Source of the DNA: Candidatus Nitrospinota bacterium M3_3B_026
GTDB lineage: Bacteria > Nitrospinota_A > UBA7883 > JBPRGF01
Assembly (NCBI GenBank): GCA_051418015.1
Contig: JBPRGF010000003.1
Span: 160,001-224,000, forward strand
Direction: 5' to 3'
Length of the DNA stretch: 64,000 nt
Part shown: positions 52,200 to 62,101 of the stretch, piece after piece
Layout: each line of letters begins with the position of its first letter
How positions within the stretch are numbered: position 1 is the stretch's first letter
Program-made: the position numbers and the translations under genes
Notes under the pieces: generated by a model
Database searches by the model: none
Seen by the model: the letters and a program-made list of their open reading frames with translations, nothing else
What the model was told of the DNA's origin: nothing

Positions 52200-52784
52200 T
52201 TACGCCTTCTCCTCCTGCTCTTCCCCGGCGGCGCTTTCCTGGTCCGCCGCGGTCTCGGAGCTTTCGGCGGCGGGCTGCCCTTCCCCGGCCTCTTCCCCGG
52301 CGGGGGCGATCGGCGCGGCTTCAGGCTCTTCCTCGGCGGCCTCGGACTGGACGATCACCTTCACCGCGGCGGAAACCTGGGAGTGTATCTTTATGGTCAC
52401 ATCCATCTCGCCGATGTTCTTTATCGGCTGAACGAGGTCTATTTTCTTCCTGTCGATCTCGAACCCGCGCTCGGACAGCTCCTTTTCGATATCCGAGTTT
52501 GTGACGGAGCCGAAGAGTTTCCCCTCTTCGCCCGCCTTGCGAGTGAACACGAGGGGATCCATCTTCTCCAGCCGCGCCTTCTGCGCCTCGGCCTCGCTCA
52601 ATATCCTGGCCAGCTTTCGGGCGCGCTGTTTCAGGTTGTTCTCATAGGTTCTGCGGTTTCCTTCCGTCGCCTCGAAGCCGAGCTTCCTGGGTATCAGGTA
52701 GTTTCTGGCGTATCCCGGCGCCACGTCCACCTCGTCCCCCGGCGCGCCCAGACTGGGCACGAAATCGTTCAGTATGACTTTCAT
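52200..52784 (-). CDS. rplI: 50S ribosomal protein L9 with acidic C-terminal tail
   Basis: MKVIL, GYARNYLIP, GKLFGSVT, IKNIG. Confidence 0.96.
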   Translation of the reverse strand: MKVILNDFVPSLGAPGDEVDVAPGYARNYLIPRKLGFEATEGNRRTYENNLKQRARKLARILSEAEAQKARLEKMDPLVFTRKAGEEGKLFGSVTNSDIEKELSERGFEIDRKKIDLVQPIKNIGEMDVTIKIHSQVSAAVKVIVQSEAAEEEPEAAPIAPAGEEAGEGQPAAESSETAADQESAAGEEQEEKA

Positions 52785-52843
52785 CCTCAATGTCCTCCAG
52801 CCACGAGCCCTCCAGCCCCCCCGGGGGGGCCGGTCCGGCGTGT

Positions 52844-53794
52844 TTAATCCTCTTCCTTCGCGTCTCTGTTCCTGAAATCCACCCACACATCCGAAAGCCC
52901 CAGGGCCGATATCAACCCCAGGATAAGCGGATGCGAGAAAATGATAAAGTAACCTATCGCCCTGAGAAAGACGGGAATGTTCCTGCTCACGAAAAAGTGG
53001 CTCGTTATCCCCAGCCCCTGCAAAGCGAACGCCGCCAGAGATCCGATCAGCGTGTTCAACGCCACGGCGTAGGCCGCCCCGTCCAGGAAGGCCGACCCGA
53101 AACCGCCGGCCACCACGCCCCACACGAAAATGTCCGGCGTCCTCCACGCCGACAGCGAATGCCCGGCGGGATGAATCCCGAGGTTGAACTTGATCGACGC
53201 GGCGCGGATGACCGCCATGTTCGCTCCCGCCATCAGGACAACGCTCACCAGCGCCATGGAGGGGAATATCCTGACGAACGTATCCACCAGCACGGCGCCG
53301 TTCTCTTCCAGCCAGTCCGCTGTCTCCACGGCGACCCCGGCGTCTCTGTATGACTCCGCCAGCGCGCCGACAAGCTCCTCGCCCCAGGAAGCCAGGGCGG
53401 CGCCCGGGCTCGTCCCCGAAAGGGCCGTGGCGAGCAGGAAAACCGCCGCCCCGGCGGCGTACGGGGTCAGGACCGCCCGGGCCATCGTTTTCTCCAGCGT
53501 CTCGCCCATCATGCGGGAGCGGGCCAGCGAAAGCGCCATCAACCCGCAGGAGACGGAAAAGAGGACGAAACCGCCGACGCCGCTTATGACCAGCACACAG
53601 GCCGCCCCGGCGGCCGTCAGGACGAGGCCGTTTTTCAGGCCCTGCGCGGCCAGGGCGTAATAGAGGGGAGCAGGGGCGAAAAGACCCAGCGGCGGGATGG
53701 CCGCCGAAGCGTAGAAAAGGCCCAGCGACGCCGCCAGCGGCGCGGCCAGGGCGGCGGGGCTCATCCGCTTTTCCCGGTCCACGGCATATGTCAT
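52844..53794 (-). CDS. DUF2232 (YybS-like) membrane protein
   Basis: Multi-TM, LQGL and GLSDVWVDFR; conserved position between rpsR and rplI. Confidence 0.85.
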   Translation of the reverse strand: MTYAVDREKRMSPAALAAPLAASLGLFYASAAIPPLGLFAPAPLYYALAAQGLKNGLVLTAAGAACVLVISGVGGFVLFSVSCGLMALSLARSRMMGETLEKTMARAVLTPYAAGAAVFLLATALSGTSPGAALASWGEELVGALAESYRDAGVAVETADWLEENGAVLVDTFVRIFPSMALVSVVLMAGANMAVIRAASIKFNLGIHPAGHSLSAWRTPDIFVWGVVAGGFGSAFLDGAAYAVALNTLIGSLAAFALQGLGITSHFFVSRNIPVFLRAIGYFIIFSHPLILGLISALGLSDVWVDFRNRDAKEED

Positions 53795-53829
53795 GACTTA
53801 AAAGTTCCCGCCCTCGCCCTCATCGCGGA

Positions 53830-54084
53830 TCAATAAAAGGAAAACGGAATGAGCGCCATGTTGCGGGCGCGTTTTATGGCGGTGGTCACCTTGCGCTGGT
53901 GGTGGGCGCAGTTGCCGGATATGCGGCGGGGGATTATCTTGCCCCTGTCCGTCAGCAGGTTTTTCAGGCCCTTCACGTCCTTGTAGTCGATATCCTCCAC
54001 CTTGTCCGCGCAGAACCTGCACACCTTTTTCTGGTAGAAAGACCGCGTCTTTCTCATCGGCGAACTCGTTCTCTGTCTTCTCAT
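53830..54084 (-). CDS. rpsR: 30S ribosomal protein S18 (zinc-binding type)
   Basis: [32 protein letters not shown]; start may be 54096. Confidence 0.96.
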   Translation of the reverse strand: MRRQRTSSPMRKTRSFYQKKVCRFCADKVEDIDYKDVKGLKNLLTDRGKIIPRRISGNCAHHQRKVTTAIKRARNMALIPFSFY

Positions 54085-54153
54085 CTGATAAGTCACACTC
54101 CCTTGAGTATGGAAAGTTCCGGTTTTGTTCTCCCGGCGGCAGTGGACAGACCC

Positions 54154-54555
54154 CTAAAAGGGCACGTCCTCCTCCTCGCCGCCGGACGGCTCGGACTTTT
54201 CCCTGTTTTCCTGTCCGGCTCCTTCGCCACGCCCGCCGAGGAAGATGACCCTGTCGGCCACCACCTCGAGCTTGCTTCGTTTGCGCCCGTCGTCGGTCTC
54301 CCACGAGGAGTAACTGAGCCTGCCGTCAACGCAGACCTGGCTGCCCTTGGACAGGTATTCCGAGCAGGTCTCCGCCTGGCGCCCCCAGGCGGTTATGTCG
54401 GCGAAGACGGTCTTCTCTTTCCATTCGTCGCCGGACTTGTACCGCTCGTTCACCGCCAGGCCGAACTTGGCCACGGCCGCGCCGGAGGGGGTGTAACGAA
54501 GCTCGGGGTCCCGCGTCAGGTTGCCTATCAGGACAACTTTGTTGAGGCTTGCCAT
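54154..54555 (-). CDS. ssb: Single-stranded DNA-binding protein
   Basis: LNKVVLIGNLTRDPELRYTPSG, C-terminal EEDVPF. Confidence 0.97.
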   Translation of the reverse strand: MASLNKVVLIGNLTRDPELRYTPSGAAVAKFGLAVNERYKSGDEWKEKTVFADITAWGRQAETCSEYLSKGSQVCVDGRLSYSSWETDDGRKRSKLEVVADRVIFLGGRGEGAGQENREKSEPSGGEEEDVPF

Positions 54556-54559
54556 GGAT

Positions 54560-54922
54560 TCACTCCCCGCCCGGCGCCGGATCGCCGCTGGCTGTCTTCT
54601 CCTCCTCCGGCGGCGTCTCTTTGCGGCCGGCGGAGCCGTCGTAAAGGACTATCATGTGTTTCAGGGTGTTCTCGTTCAGCCGCAAACCGTGGTCCAGGCC
54701 GGACAGGGCGGCGGGGTCCAGGGAAAACCGCAGGAGGACGTAATATCCATAACGGTTTTTCCTGACCAGGTAGGCAAGGCGCTTCTTGCCCCACCGGTCT
54801 TCCTCGATGATCGATCCGCCGGCGGATTTGATGGACTCCTTTACGGACTCCACTTCCTTGTCGATCTCCTCGTCGGCAAGGTCCGGCTTGAGAATGAAAA
54901 GGCTCTCGTAGTCTTTGGCCAC
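54560..54922 (-). CDS. rpsF: 30S ribosomal protein S6
   Basis: YESLFILKPDL, WGKKRLAY; GTG start with AGGAGG SD. Confidence 0.96.
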   Translation of the reverse strand: MAKDYESLFILKPDLADEEIDKEVESVKESIKSAGGSIIEEDRWGKKRLAYLVRKNRYGYYVLLRFSLDPAALSGLDHGLRLNENTLKHMIVLYDGSAGRKETPPEEEKTASGDPAPGGE

Positions 54923-55491
54923 AGGCTCCTCCTTCCGGGTATAAAGCCCCGCGCTTCAAACGCGCGGAGCAAGGAGTTAAACAATTTACGAAAGTATAGA
55001 TATTTACCAGACTACCCCCCGGAAAATCAAGCGAATAATCGCGGCCTCCGGGAAAGGCCGCTTTCCGGCCGCCGCGGGGATCAATTTTTTGCGAAAAAAT
55101 TTTGCCCCATCTGAGACGCAAACTCGGAAGAACCGCGTTTGCGCGCGCCGCGGCGGTTCTTGATTTGCCGGATGAGTCCAAATAAATCAACAAGCTGAGC
55201 GGGGATCGGCCGCGCGGGAAGGCGGGGCCGTTTTATGAATATCTGGACGTTTTATAAAAAATAAGTTTTATAACTTAAGTCATATTCATTTGGTCTTATG
55301 TGGTTATAAATAGGGTTAATCGCAAACAGAGGGGGGAATCCGTGATGCTGATTTTTCATATTCTCGATCCACCGGCCTGAGGCGCCCGGCGCCTGCGGGA
55401 CATTCGCTGATCTGTAACCTATTATGTCATCCCGCGGGAGAGGTTCGTCTCGATTCCGACCGCAACGAATTGAAAACAGAGGAGATAAGGC

Positions 55492-56766
55492 ATGAGAAGA
55501 GGATTTTGGATGACGCCGTTGGCGGCGCTGGCCTTGCTCGCTATGAGCGGCGCGGCCTACGCCGAGACGGCGTTTGACCTGAGCGGCATGATCCGCCTCC
55601 GGCCGGAGATGAGGGAAAACTCCGACTTCAACTCCGACAACGACGACAAGCAGTCATTCATCGGCAGCAGGACGAGGCTGACGACAAAGGCCTCCGTCAC
55701 CGATGACGCTTTCGCCAAGATCACCATCCAGGACATCAGGAGCTGGGGCGACGCCAACAACGTCTCCACCGGCAAAGAGCAGCAGGCCCTCGACCTCTAC
55801 GAGGCCTTTTTCCAGGTGAACGGGGTTGCGGGAACCCCCATCTCCGTCTCCGCCGGGCGCCAGCCGCTGGTCTACGGAGACCAGAGGCTTCTTGGGAGCC
55901 TCGGCTGGAAGGACGAGGGCCGGACGCATGACGCGTTGAAGGTCATGCTCGGGTTCGACCGGTTTTCGCTGGACCTTTTCGCCGCCAAGGAGGCCGAAAG
56001 CGGAAAACCCTCCGACGACACGCATGACGACGACCTGAACGGCGCATACGCCACGATCGGGATTACCGACGGGATCGGCCTGGATGTCTACGCCCTGCAG
56101 TGGAAGACCGCCGGGACCGACTCTGAAGGCGCCGCGATCAAGGGCCACAACGTGATGACCTACGGCGCCAGGGTGGCGGGCAAGCTCTCCGGACTCGATT
56201 TCACCGGTGAGTATGCCATCCAGTCCGGCGACTGGGCCGAGGGGGTCAGCCAGGAGGCCTACGCTTTCGCCGCGACCGCGGGCTACACCCTGCCCTTCTG
56301 GAGCACGAGGATCGGCCTGGAGTACGACTACGGGTCCGGTGACGACAACGGGAGCGACGACACGCACAAGAACTTCGTCTTCCCGTTCCACACCAACCAC
56401 GCCCATTACGGGTTCATGGACTATTTCTCATGGGGCAACATGACCGACACGGCCGTCAGGCTCAAGACCAGCCCCATGGAGAGGCTGACGCTCAAGCTCG
56501 ACTATCACATCTTCGCCCTGGCCGAGGGGAAGGGCGACTGGCTGAACGTCGTGGGGACAAAGGTCTTCAAACCCGCCGTGGAAGGCAAGGACAGCACCGA
56601 CGCGGGGCAGGAGATAGACCTGACCGCCGCCTACAAGGCGATGGACAACCTGAAGCTCGTGGGCGGCCTGTCCCAGTTTACGCCGGGAGACGCGGCCAAG
56701 GAGCGCTCCGGCGGGGCGGGCGACGCCTCCACCTGGGGTTATCTCATGGCTATATTCACTTTCTAG
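55492..56766 (+). CDS. Alginate export (AlgE) family outer-membrane porin
   Basis: Signal peptide, RLRPEMR, GRQPLVYGDQRLLG, YDYGSGDD, HAHYGFMD, GQEIDL, terminal Phe. Confidence 0.88.
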   Translation: MRRGFWMTPLAALALLAMSGAAYAETAFDLSGMIRLRPEMRENSDFNSDNDDKQSFIGSRTRLTTKASVTDDAFAKITIQDIRSWGDANNVSTGKEQQALDLYEAFFQVNGVAGTPISVSAGRQPLVYGDQRLLGSLGWKDEGRTHDALKVMLGFDRFSLDLFAAKEAESGKPSDDTHDDDLNGAYATIGITDGIGLDVYALQWKTAGTDSEGAAIKGHNVMTYGARVAGKLSGLDFTGEYAIQSGDWAEGVSQEAYAFAATAGYTLPFWSTRIGLEYDYGSGDDNGSDDTHKNFVFPFHTNHAHYGFMDYFSWGNMTDTAVRLKTSPMERLTLKLDYHIFALAEGKGDWLNVVGTKVFKPAVEGKDSTDAGQEIDLTAAYKAMDNLKLVGGLSQFTPGDAAKERSGGAGDASTWGYLMAIFTF

Positions 56767-56791
56767 TTTCTCCTTCCAAACCCTTGTCCTT

Positions 56792-56834
56792 CGGCGGGGC
56801 GGCTTTTTTCCGGGCCGTCCCGCCGGTTTTTTTT
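56792..56834 (+). terminator. Intrinsic terminator after the porin gene
   Basis: CGGCGGGGCGGC / GCCGTCCCGCCG stem followed by T8. Confidence 0.85.
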
Positions 56835-56893
56835 GCCTCGCGAGAAGGCGCCGAGGCTGGAACCCCGATCCCTCTTGAGCGAAACCGCTTTTA

Positions 56894-56923
56894 TTGACAA
56901 TGCCTTGGGGGTGACCCTAGAAT
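56894..56923 (+). promoter_or_regulatory. Sigma-70 promoter of the NusG-paralog gene
   Basis: TTGACA, 18-nt spacer, TAGAAT; ATG follows 9 nt after the -10 element. Confidence 0.65.
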
Positions 56924-56932
56924 GTTCATGCT

Positions 56933-57466
56933 ATGAGCGACTATGTGTGCGCCGAGGTGGAAAAGGGCTGGTTCGCTCTCTACGTCCGGTACCAGAACGA
57001 GCACAAGATCGCCAGCTACATACGGGAGAAGCTGGGGATGGACTCCCGAGTGCCCAGCCGAAAGCTCTGGCGCAGAAGGAACGGCAGGATGGAATTTGTC
57101 TCAAAACCCTTGCTGGAAACCTACGTTTTCATCCGCGCCGGGCGGGAAACGGACGATTGGCGGCGCGTCTACCGCGCCGGGGGCGTCATAGACATCGTCC
57201 GCCAGGGCAGGGCGCCCGCCGCCGTGCCCGAAAGCCAGATCGAGAGCCTGGAGAGGCTCTGCGACTCCGGCCTGCCGATTCACGAGGCCGAATACAAAAG
57301 GTTCAGGGCCGGCGGCCTCGTGGAGGTGGTGGACGGACCGCTCAGGGGGGCCGTGGGCAGATTCCTGGGAAGCGACGAGCGCACGGGCCGTTTTGTCGTG
57401 AATATAGACCTTTTCAACCGCGCTCTTCAGACGGAGGTGGACGCGCGCTCCGTCCGTCCTTTATGA
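56933..57466 (+). CDS. NusG paralog antiterminator (UpxY/LoaP/TaA-like)
   Basis: NGN domain WFALYVR..E, PLLETYVF; KOW domain VEVVDGPLRGAVG; first gene of a polysaccharide locus. Confidence 0.88.
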   Translation: MSDYVCAEVEKGWFALYVRYQNEHKIASYIREKLGMDSRVPSRKLWRRRNGRMEFVSKPLLETYVFIRAGRETDDWRRVYRAGGVIDIVRQGRAPAAVPESQIESLERLCDSGLPIHEAEYKRFRAGGLVEVVDGPLRGAVGRFLGSDERTGRFVVNIDLFNRALQTEVDARSVRPL

Positions 57467-57584
57467 CGAGGCGCCTGGAGCCGATGGCGGTCTTTTCCCG
57501 CCGCGGGAATCTGTTTTCCCCCTCTTTTCCCCGATAGCCTTATAATCTTACTTTCTGAAGACCTTATAGCCTGGAGAGGTATGG

Positions 57585-58898
57585 ATGTTTTCTGACCTGG
57601 CGCCGCGCCTTAAGGAACGGCGGGAGAAGATAGGCCTTGTCGGCCTGGGATACGTGGGCCTGCCGCTTGCCTTGGCGCTCGCGAGGCGCTTTGACGTCAT
57701 CGGCTACGACGTGAGCCGGGAGCGCGTCCGGGAGCTTACGGAAGGCCATGACAGGACCGGCGAAGCGGCCCCGGAGGAGCTGAAAAATACGGGGATGGAG
57801 ATAACCGCCGACCCTGCGCGCCTTTCGGAGACGCGGTTCATCGTGGTCGCCGTGCCCACTCCCGTCGACTCGGGCAAGAGGCCCGCCCTGGGACCGCTGC
57901 TTTCCGCCTGCGAGACCATTGGAGGGGTGATCCGGCCCGGGACGGTGGTAGTCTTCGAGTCCACGGTCTATCCCGGCGTGACGGAGGAGAAATGCGTCCC
58001 CGTCATCGAGGCGAAGTCCGGCCTTGTGGCCGGGCGCGACTTCAGGGTCGGCTACTCGCCGGAGAGGATCAACCCCGGCGACAGGGAGCACACCATCGAG
58101 AAAATAGTGAAAGTGGTCTCCGGCCAGGACAGCGAGACGCTCGATACCGTGGCGGGAGTCTATGGGGACATAGTAGAGGCCGGCGTCCACAAGGCCCCCT
58201 CCATCAAGGTGGCGGAGGCGGCGAAAGTCATAGAAAACATCCAGCGCGACATAAACATAGCGTTGGTCAACGAGCTTTCGATGATATTTAATCTCATGGG
58301 GATACGGACAGCCGACGTGCTGGAGGCCGCGGCGACGAAATGGAACTTCGTCCGGTTCGACCCCGGCCTTGTCGGGGGGCACTGCATAGGGGTGGACCCC
58401 TATTACCTGACGAGCAAGGCCGAAGAGCTGGGCTATCACCCCCAGATGATCCTCTCCGGGAGGAGGATCAACGACGGCATGGGAAAATACGTCGCCGAAC
58501 AGGTTGTAAAAAGGCTGAACAGGGCCGGCAAAAGCGCCTGCGGCGCCAGGGTCGGGATATTCGGGATCACCTTCAAGGAGAACGTGCCGGACATACGCAA
58601 CAGCAGGGCGCCGGACATCCACGCGGAGCTTTGCGACTATGGCGCCGAGACGCTGGTATACGACCCCGTGGTGTCCGGGGAGGAGCTTGAAAAGGAGTAC
58701 GGAATAACGCTTTCGGACACGGCGGCGATGCGCGGGCTGGACGCGGCGGTCATCGCCGTGCGCCACGACCGGATCGTCGAGCTCGGCCCCGGCGGGATCG
58801 AGGCCATGCTCAACGGCGGACGCGGCGTCGTGGCGGACATCAAGTCCGCCTTCAACGAAAGGGATTTCGGCGACGGGGTTATCTATTGGAGCCTTTAA
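57585..58898 (+). CDS. UDP-N-acetylhexosamine 6-dehydrogenase (TviB/WbpO family)
   Basis: GLGYVGLP, ESTVYPGVTEE, YSPERINPGD, ENIQRD, GGHCIGVDPYYL, FKENVPDIRN. Confidence 0.92.
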   Translation: MFSDLAPRLKERREKIGLVGLGYVGLPLALALARRFDVIGYDVSRERVRELTEGHDRTGEAAPEELKNTGMEITADPARLSETRFIVVAVPTPVDSGKRPALGPLLSACETIGGVIRPGTVVVFESTVYPGVTEEKCVPVIEAKSGLVAGRDFRVGYSPERINPGDREHTIEKIVKVVSGQDSETLDTVAGVYGDIVEAGVHKAPSIKVAEAAKVIENIQRDINIALVNELSMIFNLMGIRTADVLEAAATKWNFVRFDPGLVGGHCIGVDPYYLTSKAEELGYHPQMILSGRRINDGMGKYVAEQVVKRLNRAGKSACGARVGIFGITFKENVPDIRNSRAPDIHAELCDYGAETLVYDPVVSGEELEKEYGITLSDTAAMRGLDAAVIAVRHDRIVELGPGGIEAMLNGGRGVVADIKSAFNERDFGDGVIYWSL

Positions 58899-58935
58899 GG
58901 GCGCCGGGTCCCGCCCCGGCGCGGCGAGCTTTTAA

Positions 58936-59994
58936 ATGAGCGCAATCGAGATAGAGATAGCGGGAAGGAAGATCGGCCCCGCCCATCCCCCCTTCATCAT
59001 CGCGGAGATGTCCGGCAATCACAACCAGTCGCTCGACCGGGCCTTCGCCATGGTCGACGCCGCGGCGGAGGCGGGCGTCCACGCCCTGAAGCTGCAGACC
59101 TTCACGCCGGACACCATAACGCTCGATGTCCGGGGGGGCGGGTTCCTCATGGACGACCCCGAAAGCCCTGGCGGGAAAAGATCGCTCCACGAGCTTTACA
59201 CGAAAGCCCAAACTCCCTGGGAATGGCATGGCCCGATCTTCGAGCGCTGCCGGGAGCGCGGGATCATGCCCTTCAGCGCGGCCTTCGATGAGACGGCGGT
59301 GGACTTTCTGGAGTCGCTCGGCGTCCCCTGCCACAAGATCGCCTCCTTCGAAAACGTCCACCTGCCGCTTATCCGCAAGGCCGCCGCCGCGGGCAAACCC
59401 CTTTTCATATCCACCGGCATGGCCTCCGTCGCCGAGCTGGCCGAGGCCGTGGAGACGGCGCGGGGCGAGGGGCTGGAGGAGATCATCCTCTTGAAATGCG
59501 CAAGCGCGTACCCGGCGGACGCGAAGGACGTGAACCTGAGGACGATCCCGAACATGCGGGAGCTTTTCGGCCTGCAGGTGGGCCTTTCGGATCACACGAT
59601 GGGGCTCGGTGTCCCACTCGCGGCGGTGGCCCTCGGCGCGACGGTGATAGAGAAACATTTCACTCTGGACCGTGGGGACGGCGGCGTGGATTCCTCTTTC
59701 TCCATGGAGCCTGCGGAGGCGCGCCTGCTCGTCTCCGAAAGCGGGAAGGCGTGGCGCGCCCTGGGCGAGGCAAGCTACGGACCGTCCGGGGCGGAGCGGG
59801 GCTCGATGGATTTCCGCAGGTCGCTTTACGTGGCGGAGGACATGAAGGCCGGAGACGTCTTCACGGAAAAGAACCTGCGGGCCGTACGCCCCGGCCACGG
59901 CCTCGCGCCAAAGTATTACGATGTCGTCCTCGGAAGACGGGTCAAAAAAGACGCGCCGAAGGGGACGCCGGTCAGCTGGGACATCGTCGGATGA
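58936..59994 (+). CDS. pseI: Pseudaminic acid synthase (NeuB family)
   Basis: IIAEMSGNHNQS, KLQT, TPWEWH, KIASFE, LSDHT, IEKHF, C-terminal SAF domain. Confidence 0.9.
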   Translation: MSAIEIEIAGRKIGPAHPPFIIAEMSGNHNQSLDRAFAMVDAAAEAGVHALKLQTFTPDTITLDVRGGGFLMDDPESPGGKRSLHELYTKAQTPWEWHGPIFERCRERGIMPFSAAFDETAVDFLESLGVPCHKIASFENVHLPLIRKAAAAGKPLFISTGMASVAELAEAVETARGEGLEEIILLKCASAYPADAKDVNLRTIPNMRELFGLQVGLSDHTMGLGVPLAAVALGATVIEKHFTLDRGDGGVDSSFSMEPAEARLLVSESGKAWRALGEASYGPSGAERGSMDFRRSLYVAEDMKAGDVFTEKNLRAVRPGHGLAPKYYDVVLGRRVKKDAPKGTPVSWDIVG

Positions 59995-60004
59995 GCCGGG
60001 ACGC

Positions 60005-60913
60005 ATGACCTTGGCGCCGGATCTAAAAAATTCGCCGGTATTGATAACGGGAGCGGGAAGCCAGGTGGGGCGTTTCCTGCTGCCCATGCTTTCGGAACGC
60101 GGGTTCAGGATATACGCCGTCAGCAGGTTTGAACGGGCCGATCCCGCCTTGGCCGCTCCTGGGGTGGAATGGATAAAGGCCGACCTCCGAAAAGGGCTGG
60201 GCGCGGCGGGCGAGGCGGTGTCGATGATACACATCGCGCCTCTGTGGCTTCTGCCGGGGAACATCGAACGGGCGGCGGCGCTCGGCGTGAAGCGCCTGAT
60301 CGCCTTCGGCTCCACCAGCGTCCACACGAAAAAGGACTCCGCCTTGCCCGCTGACAGGGAGACGGCGCGCAGACTGGCGGAGGCCGAGGAGGCGGTCCGG
60401 GAGAAGTTTTCCCATCTCGGGGCGGCCTGGACGATCTTCAGGCCGACGATGATATACGGCGCCGGGATGGACAGGAACGTCACGGCGATAGCGGATTTTA
60501 TCCGCCGGTTCGGCTTTTTCCCCGTGGCGGGCAGGGGCGAGGGCCTGAGGCAGCCCGTCCACGCCGCGGATCTTGCGGCGGCCTGCGCGGCCGCCCTCGA
60601 TGAGCCGAAAACGTTCAACCGCGCCTACGACCTTGGAGGCGGCGAGGTTTTGTCTTACCGCCGCATGGTAGAAAAAATCTTCGCCGGGCTGGGGCGAAAG
60701 CCGAGGATAATATCGATTCCTCCGCCCCTGCTGCGGCTTGCCGCCGCTCTGGCCGGGCGCGCCTCGGGGAACAGGGATATCTCCGCAGGCATGGTGGACA
60801 GGATGAACGCGGACATGTGTTTCGACATCTCAAGCGCCTCGCGGGACTTCGGCTATTCGCCCCGTGGGTTCTCGTTCGAGTGTGCCGCCGCCGCGTCCAC
60901 GCTTTCAAGGTGA
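60005..60913 (+). CDS. NAD-dependent epimerase/dehydratase
   Basis: ITGAGSQVG, RPTMIYG, QPVHAADLA. Confidence 0.85.
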   Translation: MTLAPDLKNSPVLITGAGSQVGRFLLPMLSERGFRIYAVSRFERADPALAAPGVEWIKADLRKGLGAAGEAVSMIHIAPLWLLPGNIERAAALGVKRLIAFGSTSVHTKKDSALPADRETARRLAEAEEAVREKFSHLGAAWTIFRPTMIYGAGMDRNVTAIADFIRRFGFFPVAGRGEGLRQPVHAADLAAACAAALDEPKTFNRAYDLGGGEVLSYRRMVEKIFAGLGRKPRIISIPPPLLRLAAALAGRASGNRDISAGMVDRMNADMCFDISSASRDFGYSPRGFSFECAAAASTLSR

Positions 60914-61066
60914 ACGGCCGAGCCCGCGGAGCGCGATTATCGAAATGCCGCTTCTGACGCCACTCGTGGTAAGATTCACGAAAATCAGCCGTCCGCGCGG
61001 CAAGCTCGGGCGCTCTGAGAATATTTTCCGCTCAACCTCTTCCATCTTCGGTTTTTGGGATCAGCG

Positions 61067-62065
61067 ATGCCGGGACGGCAGGAGCCTCGTTCGCCATCCG
61101 TAGCGGCGCTGGTGGTGGCCCACAACGCGGGAGCGATCCTGCTGGAGTGCCTGGAAAGCCTGGAAAGGCAGACCCGCAGGCCGGACAGGATCATCCTGGT
61201 GGACAACGCCAGCGAAGACGGATGCGCCAGCGCCGTTGACGAAAAATTCCCCGGCGTTGAAATCATCAGGCTGGAGAAGAACACCGGCTTCGCCGCGGCG
61301 AACAATATCGCCGCCCGCGCCGCCGGGGAGGCCGATTACCTCGCCCTGCTGAATCCCGACGCGGCCGCCGAGCCGGACTGGCTCGAAAACCTTCTCGACG
61401 CCGCCCGGCGCCGCCCGGACTGCTCCATGTTCGCGTCTCTTGTGTTCAACTACGGCGATCCCTCAATAGTCGACGGGGCGGGTGACAGCTACCACGTGTC
61501 GGGGGCGATGTGGCGCAAAGGCTTTGGAGCGCCGTACTTGCCGTGGATGAACGTGGAGGCGGAGGTCTTCTCGCCATGCGCCGCCGCCGCAATGTACAGG
61601 AACAGGGACTTCAAGGCGGCGGGCGGCTTTGACAATGACTACTTCTGCTACACGGAGGATGTCGACCTTGGTTTCAGGATCCGGCTGGCTGGCGGCAAAT
61701 GCCTTTATGCGCCGTCAGCGAAGGCGCGCCACGTCGGCTCGGCCGTCACCGGGCGGCACAGCGATTTTTACGTCTATCACAGCCACCGCAACCTCGTGTG
61801 GACGTTCGTCAAAAACATGCCCTGGCCCCTCTTCTGGCTCTACCTGCCGCAGCATCTGCTGTTGAACCTTGTGACGGTGGCCTCATACTCCCTGAAAGGC
61901 CGGGGGCGGATCATTCTCAAGTCGAAATGGGACGCGGCCAGGGGGCTGCCCGCCGTGCTGCGCCGAAGGCTGGAGACACAGCGGACCCGGAAGGCGGGGT
62001 CGTTTGCGCTGCGGCGGGCGATGTCCAAAGGGCTGCTGCGACCCTATTTTTTTCGCGGAAGATGA
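61067..62065 (+). CDS. Family 2 glycosyltransferase
   Basis: VDNASED, NTGFAAANN, LLNPD, FCYTEDVDLGFR. Confidence 0.92.
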   Translation: MPGRQEPRSPSVAALVVAHNAGAILLECLESLERQTRRPDRIILVDNASEDGCASAVDEKFPGVEIIRLEKNTGFAAANNIAARAAGEADYLALLNPDAAAEPDWLENLLDAARRRPDCSMFASLVFNYGDPSIVDGAGDSYHVSGAMWRKGFGAPYLPWMNVEAEVFSPCAAAAMYRNRDFKAAGGFDNDYFCYTEDVDLGFRIRLAGGKCLYAPSAKARHVGSAVTGRHSDFYVYHSHRNLVWTFVKNMPWPLFWLYLPQHLLLNLVTVASYSLKGRGRIILKSKWDAARGLPAVLRRRLETQRTRKAGSFALRRAMSKGLLRPYFFRGR

Positions 62066-62101
62066 CTGAACCGGCGGCGTGATCAAACGCAAAACCGCTC
62101 A

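Noticed and set aside
52785..53147. N-terminal extension of the rplI ORF (315 aa in the track)
   Set aside because: Overlaps the DUF2232 gene in another frame; L9 homology begins at MKVIL (52784). The extensions of larE, the JAMM gene, spoVG, nrnA, hom and cimA were trimmed for the same reason.
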